The translations under genes were made by a program, and so were the position numbers. Positions 1 through 10,229 of a DNA stretch of 64,000 bases are shown here, piece after piece (within the stretch, counting starts at the first letter, position 1; every line of letters starts with the position of its first letter). The notes below the pieces were generated by a model. That model was not told the origin of the DNA, ran no database searches, and saw nothing but the letters and a program-made list of their open reading frames with translations. This DNA is from a virus: IMG/VR virus record IMGVR_UViG_3300034103_001746, positions 64,001-128,000 of that record. One strand, written 5' to 3'.

Positions 1-2
1 AC

Positions 3-3000
3 TATAAACCAGGACAACAAAGTAATGAAGAGATTGGCCAACAAAATACTGCTGCAAATAGAGCCGCTTCGGATGCTGCTATGCAACTATTAACAACCAA
101 AGTTAATAGTGGTATGGGATTTGATGCTGCTTTAGCGTCAACTGGTAATGCGGCACTAATAAAAGAACAAATTGCTCAAGGTGTTGGTGGAGAGTTTGCT
201 ACAAAAGACGCTTCTTTACGAGAAACAAGAGCTAAATTTGCCGGAAAAACAGACTCCACCAGCAAAGAAATAGTTGCTCAATTAGATCAAAATATAAAAG
301 CTAATGCTGATGCTGCTTTTGCTTCTGCTACGGCTGGTCTTAAAGCTGCGGACGCTGATATACAGAGAGCCAAGGCCGCTCAAAAAGTGGCAAAAGCATT
401 AAATTTAGCTAGCGTTAGTATTGATCGTACATTCTCTAATATGGAGTCTGCGATTAGTAAAGCTAGCGCCCAGTTAGAAATGTCCGGTGAAGACTTAGAT
501 GCTATTGCTAGTGGAAGAATTTCTACCAAAACCAGATTCTCGCAGCAAAATGTACTAGAAAACCCAAATGCTTATTCTAGCGCAGAGAGAAGCGCTGCTG
601 TTAAACAAGCTGGTAATGTTTTTGGACAAGACTTTGCTTTTGTTAGCAAATTAACAGATGTTGGTAATAATATTAAGAATACTATGACTCGTATGGGTGT
701 TGAGGCTCAACAATCTGGCAAACCAAAAGAAATGGTTGCGGAAGAAATTCAAAGAACAGTAGATAAACAACTTAGAGATGCTTTTGGAGATAATAATTTA
801 AGTAGACAAATTAGCGAACAACTTAAATTAGCATTACAAAACCAATTAGTGGATAAAGAATCTAAAGAAATAGATCTTGATAAGTTAATGGCCGAGACTA
901 CAGGTTTAACTAACTTATTAGAATCTGAGAAAAAAGCGTACAAAGCATTAGCCGATGCTGCTAAGTTAGCTACAGATTCTATAAATCAATATAGTGATCA
1001 AATAGATAAAGCTAATGCTATGCTTAATGAAGTTAATGGCATGAGAGGCGATGCTATTGCTACTAAAGCATCTAATGACTTTAGACTTACAGAGGTTTTA
1101 GGTGGCAAAGTCTCATTAAGAGATAGATTTGGAGCAAGATTAGAAGAAGGAGCCGCAAGAGCTGGTGTCAAAGCTAATCAATTTAATTTACCAAGCCTAC
1201 AAAACAGATTAACACAACTGTCTACCAATATTAATGCAACTAATAATGCTAAAAATAATTTTCAACAAAATAACGCTATTACAGATCCTAAAACAATACA
1301 AGGTGTAGCTAATTTTAATAGAACTATTAGCTCATTAAACAACGATATTGAAAATACTAAAAGAGCTATTAAAGATTTACCAAAAGATATTCAAGGATTT
1401 ATAGATGATACTTTTAATGAATTACAAAAGAAAGTTAGTGATTTTGAAACCAAACAACAGGCCGGAGCATCTTTTGGAGAAAAATTAGTCACAAGTACCC
1501 CACAAGAATTATTGGATTTAAATAATACATATACTTTAGTTAATAATACATTAAATGGCCAAGTTAGAACCATTCAACAGTCCATATCTGCACAACAGGC
1601 TTATGCTAAAGTTATAAACGATGGTGGCAATGCTGTGGATGCTATGAGCGCTGCTCAAAATGCTTTTGCCGGTGAAAATAGAGCAGCCTTTAGTATGTTT
1701 AGTGAATTAATTAGTGTGGCTGGTATAGAAAAGCCTCAAGCCAATCAAATGAGAGCGGATTTCCTTGAAAACATGGCTAAGTCTCAAGGAATGAATTTAC
1801 AAAATAACCCACTATTAAATTCTATTGTCGCGAATTTAAGAAAAGAACCGGGTGAAGATCCAGAAATTAAAAAACTTAGAACTCTTTATCAAGATTTACA
1901 AAAGGCTCAACAAGATGCTGCCGACGCAGCTAGAACAATGGTTGTTGATGATGCTACTAAGCTTATTAATGCTGCTGGAATCGCAGTAACTAAAGCTATT
2001 GAAACTGCTAGAATTAGCTTTAATGAACAACAATTAAATGATGTTGGGCTAGGTATTAGTAGACCATCTCAAGTCATGAATAAGTCTGAGGGCGGTGTTG
2101 TTTATGCTAGTAATGGTAAATTTATACCAAAAGGTACAGACACAGTACCAGCAATGCTAACACCAGGAGAGTTTGTTGTTAATGCTAAAGCTGCTAGTAG
2201 TCATTTACCATTATTAAATGCTATTAATAAATCTAAGGGTGGTGTTATACAGTATTTATCTGCTGGTAGTGATAATCCTGTTGGATATACAGGATCACCA
2301 ATGGATAGATATAGATTAGCTCGTCAGATGTTCGGTCCCTCTCATAGAATTACTCTTAGAGAAGGTGCTGCTGCTGGTTTAAATCTCAATAGTCTTGGTA
2401 ATCAAATAGATCCCTATTTAGCAGATCCGAATCGTGGTAGAGTATCTCAAGCACAAGCAGATGCAATTATAGACGATCATAATCGTAGCGCTAGACAGTA
2501 TAGTTTAGATAATGATTTTGTAAATCAAAAACCAACTCCATCAACACCTAAATCAAGCAGACCAAGTTTAGGACAAAGAGTACGAGAGGGTTTTAATTAT
2601 GGAATGGGGGCTATTAGAAATGGTGCTTCTGCTGTTGGTGAATATTTAGGAGACATGGGTAGATTTGCTAATAGACCATATGCCGATGCCGATGCTGCCG
2701 AAGGCATAATGAGTGGCTTGTGGAGAACAGGAGTAAGAGTTGTTAGAGGTATTGGTTATGCTGGGGTTACAGGAACAACAGGATTGGGTCGTGTTGCAAG
2801 TTCTTCGAATTTAGGTGGTGGTTTAGCCACAGCTGGTGCTGGTATGGCTGTTGATTTTGCTCTCGGACAAGCCGGTGTTTCAGAGGGTGCTAGAAGTTTG
2901 GTGGGTGCTAGCATAGATGCTGGTAGTACACTACAACAAGGCACTCAAATAGGTATGGGCGCTGCCGCTTCTGCTAGAATTTTAGCAGAGCTTGGTATTC

Positions 3001-5897
3001 AATCAGCGTATGAGATTGGTAGTGCCATTTATGATAATAAAGCTTATGTAAATAAAAAACGAGAAGAAGGTGATGCTCAACAACAAGCCAGAAATGATTA
3101 TGGTGTTGTTGGAGGTGTTAGCAGCAATATTCTAGGTAATATTTTTGGAACAGATGCTAGTATATATAGACCGGGAACATGGATTCCAGGCAGAGGTATT
3201 CCTGCTGCCATAGGTAGACTAGTGCAAACTGTTAACGACACCGAAACTGCGCAAAAAGCAGCGGTAAATTCTCAGAAGGCCGTAGAAGCAAAACAAGCAG
3301 AGATGAATTCTAAGTATGAAATGAAAATGACAGATGGACAAACTAGAGCACTTGGTGTTCAGGGTGAACAATGGGTAAGAAGAAGGACAGAACTAGAGAT
3401 GGAAAGAGCGACTCTGGGTGAGGCTGAATACAATGCGCGTTTAGCTAATCTAGAAGCTGATAGAAATGCTGTAAATGTTCAAAAGGGTTGGTTTAGTAAT
3501 ACAACCACTCGTAGAATGAGCGCTAGTAATGCTGATTTAAATTATGCATACCAACAAAACTATAGAACAGCACAAGATAATCAAAAACAACAAAATGCAG
3601 CAGAAACAGCCAGAAGAGATGCAGAAGCGCAAAAACAAAGAGAAGAAGCTGAAAGAAAAGCTAAAGAAATAGAAACACAACAACAGCAAACTCAACAAAC
3701 TATGACAGCAATTGGTAATGGAACAATAGCTTTATGGAATAATGCTGTTAATGCATATAATCAAGGAGTACAACAAAAACAAGAAGCAGACACTAGAGCA
3801 TTAGCTGGTAGGGACGCTAGCAGATTTTTAACCAATCCTGCTTCCCCAGCATTAATCACAGACATGAATAAATTAGGGGCAGAGAGAGCAGCAAAGCTAG
3901 CAGAACTAGCAAAGACTCCGCTTTCTGATCCTATGACACCTGAACAAAAGAGGCTTCAAGATGAGATATATGGTATTAATCAAAGAATAGTTGATTCTAA
4001 TCGCGCCATATTTGCCAAAAGCAGCAATAAAGAACTACAAGACGAATGGGCACAATATAATAAGATGCAAGATAGAGCCGCTAAAAAGGCCGCAATTGAA
4101 CAAGTTAAGCAAAAGAAATTACAACAAACTCAAGCTATTAATAAAGAACTTAAGCTTAGAGAAACACTTTCTAAGGCTACGGGTTTGTCCGTTCCTCAAG
4201 ATCCTGAAAAATTAGCCAATTGGAGAGATAAAGTTCTCAAGAAGATTCAAGATAAATTCTATTTAAGCGGAGATACCGCCAAAGATATAGAATTAATGAC
4301 CTCATACGGTATGAGTCCAGATTTAGCAAAAACAATTCTACGGCCAATGACAGATGCTCAAAAATCTGCTGTATATGATATTATGGCTAGTCAAACCCAA
4401 GGAGGCGTTGCTAAATATAGTGATAATGATCTTAAACTATTAAAAATGAGCGAAGAAGAAATTGTCAAACAAAGAGCTACTGCAACAGAACAATATGGTG
4501 GAGAACGTCAGTCTTTAGCCATTAAAAATGAATCACGTAGACAAAAACTTGAAAGAGCTAGAGAAAAAGAGTTCGGTAAAGCTGTTAAACAAATGGGTAG
4601 ATTTAACGCTTTAGCACAAAAAGGTATGAGTGGTTCACCAGGACAACAAAGAGCTATTCAAAGTAATTTATTTAAGAAACTATCTAAGGCAGGATATATT
4701 GACCCATCGTTGAGCGCAGAAGAAAATACTCAAAAATTATCCGCTTTAAATATGGGTCAAACAGCTTCTTTCCTATATCCAAATCAAGCTGGTGGTATGT
4801 TAGCAATGAAAAAATCTCGCGGAGGCATAATTTATGCTGCTAAGGGTCAGCTAATTAATTTTCAGCCACAAGGCACGGATACTGTTCCTGCTATGTTAAC
4901 ACCAGGAGAGTTTGTGGTTAATGCAAAAGCCACCCAAGCACATCTTCCATTATTAAAGGCTATTAATAAACAAAGAGGAGGCCATATTGGATATTATGAT
5001 GCTGGTGGCACAGTAGAGTCATCATTATTAAGAAATCAGCAATCTGTTGCTAACGTGTCCAATAGACAAGATCAAACACTGCGTTCAATATATAGTCAAA
5101 CTAATTCTATTAATAGAAAAACATCCTCAATAGATAATAGTAATTCAGCAATAGAGCAGAATATTCAAGAAAATTATAATAGTACTAATAAAGATCTTGG
5201 TAGATTACAGTCTACGGCCGCTAAAACTCTTGACTCTTCTGAATCTACAAGAATGGATCTACAAAATACTGGATATATTAATAGGTTTAATAAAGGTGGT
5301 GTGGTATATGCCGCTAATGGAATGCTAATACCTTATCAGCCAAAAGGCACTGACACTGTTCCAGCAATGCTAACGCCCGGGGAATTTGTAATAAATAGAA
5401 ACGCAACTGCTAAAAATTTACCATTACTTCAAGCTATTAATAATGGCGGTACATCATTTATGGCCAGGGGTGGTCAAGTAAATTATATGGCTGGTGGTGG
5501 ATTATTGGGTCAAATTTTAACTCCAATGTTTAATTCTTTTGTTTTATTAAATGAGTCTATCAAACAAAGCATTAAGGCGTTACAAGATTATCAAAGACAA
5601 TTAGCATCAACACAGCCAAATAGTGTATCTACTAATGGTGGCGCTGGACAGCTTGCTGGTCTAGATGGATTAGGCCAGTTTGTAGTAAAATTTGATCAAT
5701 TTATTGCCGCAGTAAATGCGATCAACTTACCACCAGTTATTAGTTTACAAGTAGCACCAATACAAGTAAATATTACAGGAGCAGAAGCATTGACTCAAGC
5801 ACTACAAGGACCAATGGGAGAAATGCTAACCAAGCAAATTAGTTCAGCATTCGGTAGACTATCTGCGGCTACAGAAGGAGCATTACAAGTAGGTTAA
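3..5897 (+). CDS. Tape-measure-like protein (5' truncated; frame open from the window edge)
   Basis: Ala/Gln-rich helical protein with a Gly-rich hydrophobic segment and three GTDTVPAMLTPGEFV motifs resembling the tape-measure C-terminal D-x-(I/V)-PAML-x-x-GEFV motif; no in-frame stop in 3..80; precedes tail genes. Confidence 0.8.
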   Translation, partial: YKPGQQSNEEIGQQNTAANRAASDAAMQLLTTKVNSGMGFDAALASTGNAALIKEQIAQGVGGEFATKDASLRETRAKFAGKTDSTSKEIVAQLDQNIKANADAAFASATAGLKAADADIQRAKAAQKVAKALNLASVSIDRTFSNMESAISKASAQLEMSGEDLDAIASGRISTKTRFSQQNVLENPNAYSSAERSAAVKQAGNVFGQDFAFVSKLTDVGNNIKNTMTRMGVEAQQSGKPKEMVAEEIQRTVDKQLRDAFGDNNLSRQISEQLKLALQNQLVDKESKEIDLDKLMAETTGLTNLLESEKKAYKALADAAKLATDSINQYSDQIDKANAMLNEVNGMRGDAIATKASNDFRLTEVLGGKVSLRDRFGARLEEGAARAGVKANQFNLPSLQNRLTQLSTNINATNNAKNNFQQNNAITDPKTIQGVANFNRTISSLNNDIENTKRAIKDLPKDIQGFIDDTFNELQKKVSDFETKQQAGASFGEKLVTSTPQELLDLNNTYTLVNNTLNGQVRTIQQSISAQQAYAKVINDGGNAVDAMSAAQNAFAGENRAAFSMFSELISVAGIEKPQANQMRADFLENMAKSQGMNLQNNPLLNSIVANLRKEPGEDPEIKKLRTLYQDLQKAQQDAADAARTMVVDDATKLINAAGIAVTKAIETARISFNEQQLNDVGLGISRPSQVMNKSEGGVVYASNGKFIPKGTDTVPAMLTPGEFVVNAKAASSHLPLLNAINKSKGGVIQYLSAGSDNPVGYTGSPMDRYRLARQMFGPSHRITLREGAAAGLNLNSLGNQIDPYLADPNRGRVSQAQADAIIDDHNRSARQYSLDNDFVNQKPTPSTPKSSRPSLGQRVREGFNYGMGAIRNGASAVGEYLGDMGRFANRPYADADAAEGIMSGLWRTGVRVVRGIGYAGVTGTTGLGRVASSSNLGGGLATAGAGMAVDFALGQAGVSEGARSLVGASIDAGSTLQQGTQIGMGAAASARILAELGIQSAYEIGSAIYDNKAYVNKKREEGDAQQQARNDYGVVGGVSSNILGNIFGTDASIYRPGTWIPGRGIPAAIGRLVQTVNDTETAQKAAVNSQKAVEAKQAEMNSKYEMKMTDGQTRALGVQGEQWVRRRTELEMERATLGEAEYNARLANLEADRNAVNVQKGWFSNTTTRRMSASNADLNYAYQQNYRTAQDNQKQQNAAETARRDAEAQKQREEAERKAKEIETQQQQTQQTMTAIGNGTIALWNNAVNAYNQGVQQKQEADTRALAGRDASRFLTNPASPALITDMNKLGAERAAKLAELAKTPLSDPMTPEQKRLQDEIYGINQRIVDSNRAIFAKSSNKELQDEWAQYNKMQDRAAKKAAIEQVKQKKLQQTQAINKELKLRETLSKATGLSVPQDPEKLANWRDKVLKKIQDKFYLSGDTAKDIELMTSYGMSPDLAKTILRPMTDAQKSAVYDIMASQTQGGVAKYSDNDLKLLKMSEEEIVKQRATATEQYGGERQSLAIKNESRRQKLERAREKEFGKAVKQMGRFNALAQKGMSGSPGQQRAIQSNLFKKLSKAGYIDPSLSAEENTQKLSALNMGQTASFLYPNQAGGMLAMKKSRGGIIYAAKGQLINFQPQGTDTVPAMLTPGEFVVNAKATQAHLPLLKAINKQRGGHIGYYDAGGTVESSLLRNQQSVANVSNRQDQTLRSIYSQTNSINRKTSSIDNSNSAIEQNIQENYNSTNKDLGRLQSTAAKTLDSSESTRMDLQNTGYINRFNKGGVVYAANGMLIPYQPKGTDTVPAMLTPGEFVINRNATAKNLPLLQAINNGGTSFMARGGQVNYMAGGGLLGQILTPMFNSFVLLNESIKQSIKALQDYQRQLASTQPNSVSTNGGAGQLAGLDGLGQFVVKFDQFIAAVNAINLPPVISLQVAPIQVNITGAEALTQALQGPMGEMLTKQISSAFGRLSAATEGALQVG
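2079..2270 (+). repeat. Protein repeat copy 1 (GG-x-x-YA...GTDTVPAMLTPGEFVVN...LPLL-x-AIN...GG); boundaries approximate
   Basis: Core starts at 2133; matches copies at 4872 and 5346. Confidence 0.9.
4806..5010 (+). repeat. Protein repeat copy 2; boundaries approximate
   Basis: Core GTDTVPAMLTPGEFVVN starts at 4872. Confidence 0.9.
5283..5500 (+). repeat. Protein repeat copy 3; boundaries approximate
   Basis: Core GTDTVPAMLTPGEFVIN starts at 5346. Confidence 0.9.
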
Positions 5898-5922
5898 TTT
5901 TTTTAAAAGGGTTGTATAAACT

Positions 5923-8900
5923 ATGAGCCAAAATATTACCACAGAAACATTGTATATTGGTACTGGTGTTCCATATAATAATATTATATCAGCATCTGGT
6001 GGCACCAATACTGTTTTTAATCAAAATAAACTAAATATAGACTTTGAAGTTAGAGGCACAGGTAATTATGCTTCTTTGTATTATGATGCTTCTACTGGTA
6101 GATTAGGCATAGGCACAGGACTCCCCGATGCTGTGCTTCACGTTATTGCTCCGTGCGCTAAAGATGGATTAATAGTAGAAAGTATCACAAATTGTCCTAC
6201 TGGAGTAACTTTATTATTAGTTCATAATCCACAGACCCCACCACAAACTGGTAGTTATCCAGCTATGATTACATTAGCTGGTCGTGATACCAACTATAAT
6301 GAAATTGCTTATGGTCAAATCAAATCCAGAATTTTAAGTCCTGTTACATCCGCAACTAGTGGAGAAATTTTATTTTTAGTTGATCATACAGGAGTAGCTA
6401 AAGAAGTTTTTGTAGCAGGTTTGACCAATTTAGTTTTAGGGGCTAATAATAGTGTGTCTGGTTTTTCTTATGAAGTATTGGGTCATAAGAATATCGGATC
6501 TGGAAATTATTATCTCACTATAGGATCAAATAACTCTGGATCATTAATGACTAATTCATTAAATATTGGTAATGATAATATCTTACGTGGACCTCAGATA
6601 TTTGCCATATCTAATGATTCTGTATTAAATGGTAGTGGGTTGTTTGTTCTTGGACTAGATAATACTGTTTCTGGTAATAACTCTGTTTTCTGCGGATCCG
6701 CTATATATGCAACAGGATCCAATAGCTTATTTGTTGCTAATAATAGTATAGTGCGAGGAAGCTACGGGGTCGGACTGGTGCAAAATGCTATGGTATCAGG
6801 ATTATCTGGTGTTATTTTAGGTACAAATTCTTTTGTTTCTGGTAATAATAATATCGCTATAGGTAATGACAATGCAATCGTTGGTAGTTCAACAAATGCT
6901 ATAGGTTCTTCCGTAGTCAGTTCTGGTAATAGAAATGTGGTTTTTGGTAATGATGTATTTTTGAGCGGACATAATTTAATTGCTATAGGTTCTAATCAAA
7001 TTGCATCCGGAATTAATAACGGTATTTTTATTGGTAATGATTTTGATCTTTTAAACACAGAGAATGTTCTTTATGTTGGTTTTAACAATACTACCGAGTC
7101 CGGATTAGTAAACAGTGTAGTGTTGGGTGCCAATAATGATTTAGATAATGGCTCTTTATCTAATGTTATTCTATTAGGTCAATATAATCTTACTAAAGAT
7201 ATATATAATTCAGTTATTATAGGCAATACTAATAATACCAGTGGAACATTAAAAAATAATATTTTAATTGGTAGTGGAAATGCCTTGATAGCGAATAATT
7301 ACAATAATATATTTTTAGGAGCACTAAACAATCAAACTGGAGTTTATATTAACTCTCAGGGTGAGGTTAGTGGTAACGCCAGAGCTATTAATGCCAATAA
7401 TACTAACTCAATATCTATTGGCACCAATAATTTATCAACCCTTAGTAATTCTAACGTGTTTGTTGGTAATAAAAATATAGTATCCGGGTTGAATGTTAGC
7501 GTTCTTGGATCATTCAATAATACCAGAAATACCAACAGAGTTTATATACTTGGTAATTCTAATTATGTTGAAGGTGAAAATCTTATTATTCTAGGTAAAA
7601 ATATTCTTGCCCTAGGCAAAGATATCATTGGGATGAACAATACGAATAGTCCTATGGATATTTATGGTAGTGGCTCTGTGTCTATTGGTAACAATACAGT
7701 TGTTTGCAGTGGTATAGCAGTCGGTTATGGTAATAATATGAATGGTGTTTCTGGTTTAATCTATGGTAAAAATAATACCTTGGGATTAGCCAAGCATATG
7801 TTCACTTTTTCTACTATCACACCATCTCAGTTAAATATTAATGGATTAGTTGGGGCGTTTTATAAAGCAAATGACGAAGTATTAGTACAGGTTAAAAATC
7901 CAGCTGGGACAGATAATTTATATAAATTTCAATTAAATTCTGTAGTAGAAGACGTATTTAATACTACTACGACACTAAATCTTGGTGGTGTTATTAATAC
8001 TGCTGGATTATCTAATAGATACTATGCTATTAATAATTCTTTTGATGATAATAATAACCCAACGATTACTGGTAGTGGTATCGTTATAGCCTTAAAGAAT
8101 TATGAAGAGTCCAAATTTTATGGCTCTAATAATATAGTTGTTGGAAGTACGAACACCGTAAGATACAGCGATAGTATCATTATCGGTAATAAAAACGTAT
8201 CTTCAGGAAATAATAGTATAGTTATTGGTCATAATATTAGTGGTGTTAATGATGGAGCCGTACATATTGGTACATCCAATGCGAATAAATTAATATTAGA
8301 TAATGAGCAAATAGTTATTAATAGCGGTACTGTACAAGAAAAAATAGTTATTCGTGGATATAATGGTAATATAGTAGAGTATCATGATTTAATTAATTCT
8401 AGACTAGGTATTAATAATACAGTTCCAAGATCAAGTTTAGATGTTAGTGGCACGGTTACAGCCGAAGCTTTTAGAATGGGCTTATCTACCACTAGCGGTT
8501 CTGTATTAACAGCTAATTCTAGTGGTATAGCTTCTTGGGTATTGCCAGTTAATTTATCTGGTACAAACCAAGGTTTATTATTTAGAGTGAGTGATAAAGT
8601 AGCTAGTGGTATTGATAGTATTAGATATGTTAGTGCCAGCACCGGTATTAATTTTTATGATAATATCTATATATTAAGAAATTCCGGTATCATAATAAAT
8701 GCTGATAAAGGTAGTAATATTTTACCAGTTAATTTTACGATTTGGGGATCTGGTGCAGCGTTTGCTCCTAAACTTTTAGAGGTAATTCCCGGACAAAACA
8801 TTACTAATTTTTATCAATTTACAGCAGATTCTGGTTCGCTTACTGGATTATCTGTTAACACAGCACTAAATGTTCCTAGAAGCTTAACTGGTACATTTTT

Positions 8901-10191
8901 ATATGCTACAACTGGAGGTAATTTATTAAGTCAAACTGTTTATCCTCATAATGTATTATTTAGTAGTTCTAATTCTTGGGCTAGTGGTAGTACCAAGTTT
9001 AGATGGGTAGACTCACAATCAACACTAGTGTTGGGTCCAACATCGGGATTAGTTTCTACAACTATTTCTACTAATCCTATTGATACCACATATAACATTG
9101 TTCTAAGTTCAGATTCTACTATTAATACATCATTTAATAATAGGGGTTTATCAAATGTATTTTCAGTTTATAGATCTGGTGATGCTGGAACCGCTAGTAG
9201 ACAAGGATTCCACATTTTACCAAACAGCGGACAAGTTGGTATCAACACTACTACTGGTACAATCCTCGGTAGTGATGCTTCCTTATATGTTAATGGTAAA
9301 ATAGCCACTAATGGATTAAAACTTTTAACAAACCCCGCCACCGGCCTGTATTTAAGAACAACGTCTAATGGAGATATTATTACTGGTGGTTTAGATATAT
9401 CTGTTGGTTTTAGTGGCTCGTATCCTATGAGAGCCACAACCAATAATGTCACTAATGTGGTCACTATAGATATTAATCCGCTCAAACCTAATGGGTCTTC
9501 TTATGAAGTATCAGAGTATGGTAGAACTTTAGTTCATAATGGAACAAATTGGACAGTTGGTTCTGGATTACAAGTATGGCAAGATACTAATGGTAATGGC
9601 ATTAAAGGATTATCATTAGGATATGGAACATCTTTAGGGGGATCAGATGATGGTAATCCAAATTCCTACAATGGAATAGTATCTGCTGGCGGATCTTTTA
9701 ATTTGGGTAGTCCTCTTAAACGAGGATCATCACAATTTAGTCAATTCTTCTTAAGAACTAGATCTTCTGATACTAATCAAACACCATATTTAACCATGGA
9801 TTGGCAAACCACCAATGCAACAGCTCGTAGTTCTAGTAACACTATCAAATTCCCCGCTGCTAAACACGGCGTTTGGACATATACAGCATATGTAAATGTT
9901 CTTTGGGCAGATAACTTAGGAAATAATAAGGGCGCTGGAGGATATATTTTACAAGGCACTATAGCTAATATAGATAATACTATTACTCAAGTTGGTAGTG
10001 GAACCATTATTAAGAATGTAACTAATACAACGCCGGCAAATAATGTGTCTATAGAATTAAATACATATGGTGGATTTAATGCAATGGATCTTAGAGCATC
10101 TGGTGTGGCTGGATACGTAATGTTGTGGTCTGCAACAGTTAATCTGAATCAGCTTCATTGGTCAACATCAGAAGCCTTTACGGCCACATAA
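5923..10191 (+). CDS. Tail fibre/adhesin with YadA-head-like beta-roll repeats
   Basis: Recurrent N-x-x-(I/V)-G-x-x-N repeats of about 14 aa; three RLGIGT/RLGINN/QVGINT shaft motifs typical of phage fibres; follows the tape measure. Confidence 0.75.
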   Translation: MSQNITTETLYIGTGVPYNNIISASGGTNTVFNQNKLNIDFEVRGTGNYASLYYDASTGRLGIGTGLPDAVLHVIAPCAKDGLIVESITNCPTGVTLLLVHNPQTPPQTGSYPAMITLAGRDTNYNEIAYGQIKSRILSPVTSATSGEILFLVDHTGVAKEVFVAGLTNLVLGANNSVSGFSYEVLGHKNIGSGNYYLTIGSNNSGSLMTNSLNIGNDNILRGPQIFAISNDSVLNGSGLFVLGLDNTVSGNNSVFCGSAIYATGSNSLFVANNSIVRGSYGVGLVQNAMVSGLSGVILGTNSFVSGNNNIAIGNDNAIVGSSTNAIGSSVVSSGNRNVVFGNDVFLSGHNLIAIGSNQIASGINNGIFIGNDFDLLNTENVLYVGFNNTTESGLVNSVVLGANNDLDNGSLSNVILLGQYNLTKDIYNSVIIGNTNNTSGTLKNNILIGSGNALIANNYNNIFLGALNNQTGVYINSQGEVSGNARAINANNTNSISIGTNNLSTLSNSNVFVGNKNIVSGLNVSVLGSFNNTRNTNRVYILGNSNYVEGENLIILGKNILALGKDIIGMNNTNSPMDIYGSGSVSIGNNTVVCSGIAVGYGNNMNGVSGLIYGKNNTLGLAKHMFTFSTITPSQLNINGLVGAFYKANDEVLVQVKNPAGTDNLYKFQLNSVVEDVFNTTTTLNLGGVINTAGLSNRYYAINNSFDDNNNPTITGSGIVIALKNYEESKFYGSNNIVVGSTNTVRYSDSIIIGNKNVSSGNNSIVIGHNISGVNDGAVHIGTSNANKLILDNEQIVINSGTVQEKIVIRGYNGNIVEYHDLINSRLGINNTVPRSSLDVSGTVTAEAFRMGLSTTSGSVLTANSSGIASWVLPVNLSGTNQGLLFRVSDKVASGIDSIRYVSASTGINFYDNIYILRNSGIIINADKGSNILPVNFTIWGSGAAFAPKLLEVIPGQNITNFYQFTADSGSLTGLSVNTALNVPRSLTGTFLYATTGGNLLSQTVYPHNVLFSSSNSWASGSTKFRWVDSQSTLVLGPTSGLVSTTISTNPIDTTYNIVLSSDSTINTSFNNRGLSNVFSVYRSGDAGTASRQGFHILPNSGQVGINTTTGTILGSDASLYVNGKIATNGLKLLTNPATGLYLRTTSNGDIITGGLDISVGFSGSYPMRATTNNVTNVVTIDINPLKPNGSSYEVSEYGRTLVHNGTNWTVGSGLQVWQDTNGNGIKGLSLGYGTSLGGSDDGNPNSYNGIVSAGGSFNLGSPLKRGSSQFSQFFLRTRSSDTNQTPYLTMDWQTTNATARSSSNTIKFPAAKHGVWTYTAYVNVLWADNLGNNKGAGGYILQGTIANIDNTITQVGSGTIIKNVTNTTPANNVSIELNTYGGFNAMDLRASGVAGYVMLWSATVNLNQLHWSTSEAFTAT

Positions 10192-10229
10192 TAGTAATAA
10201 GGAATTATTTTAATAGGAAAAAATAATAT

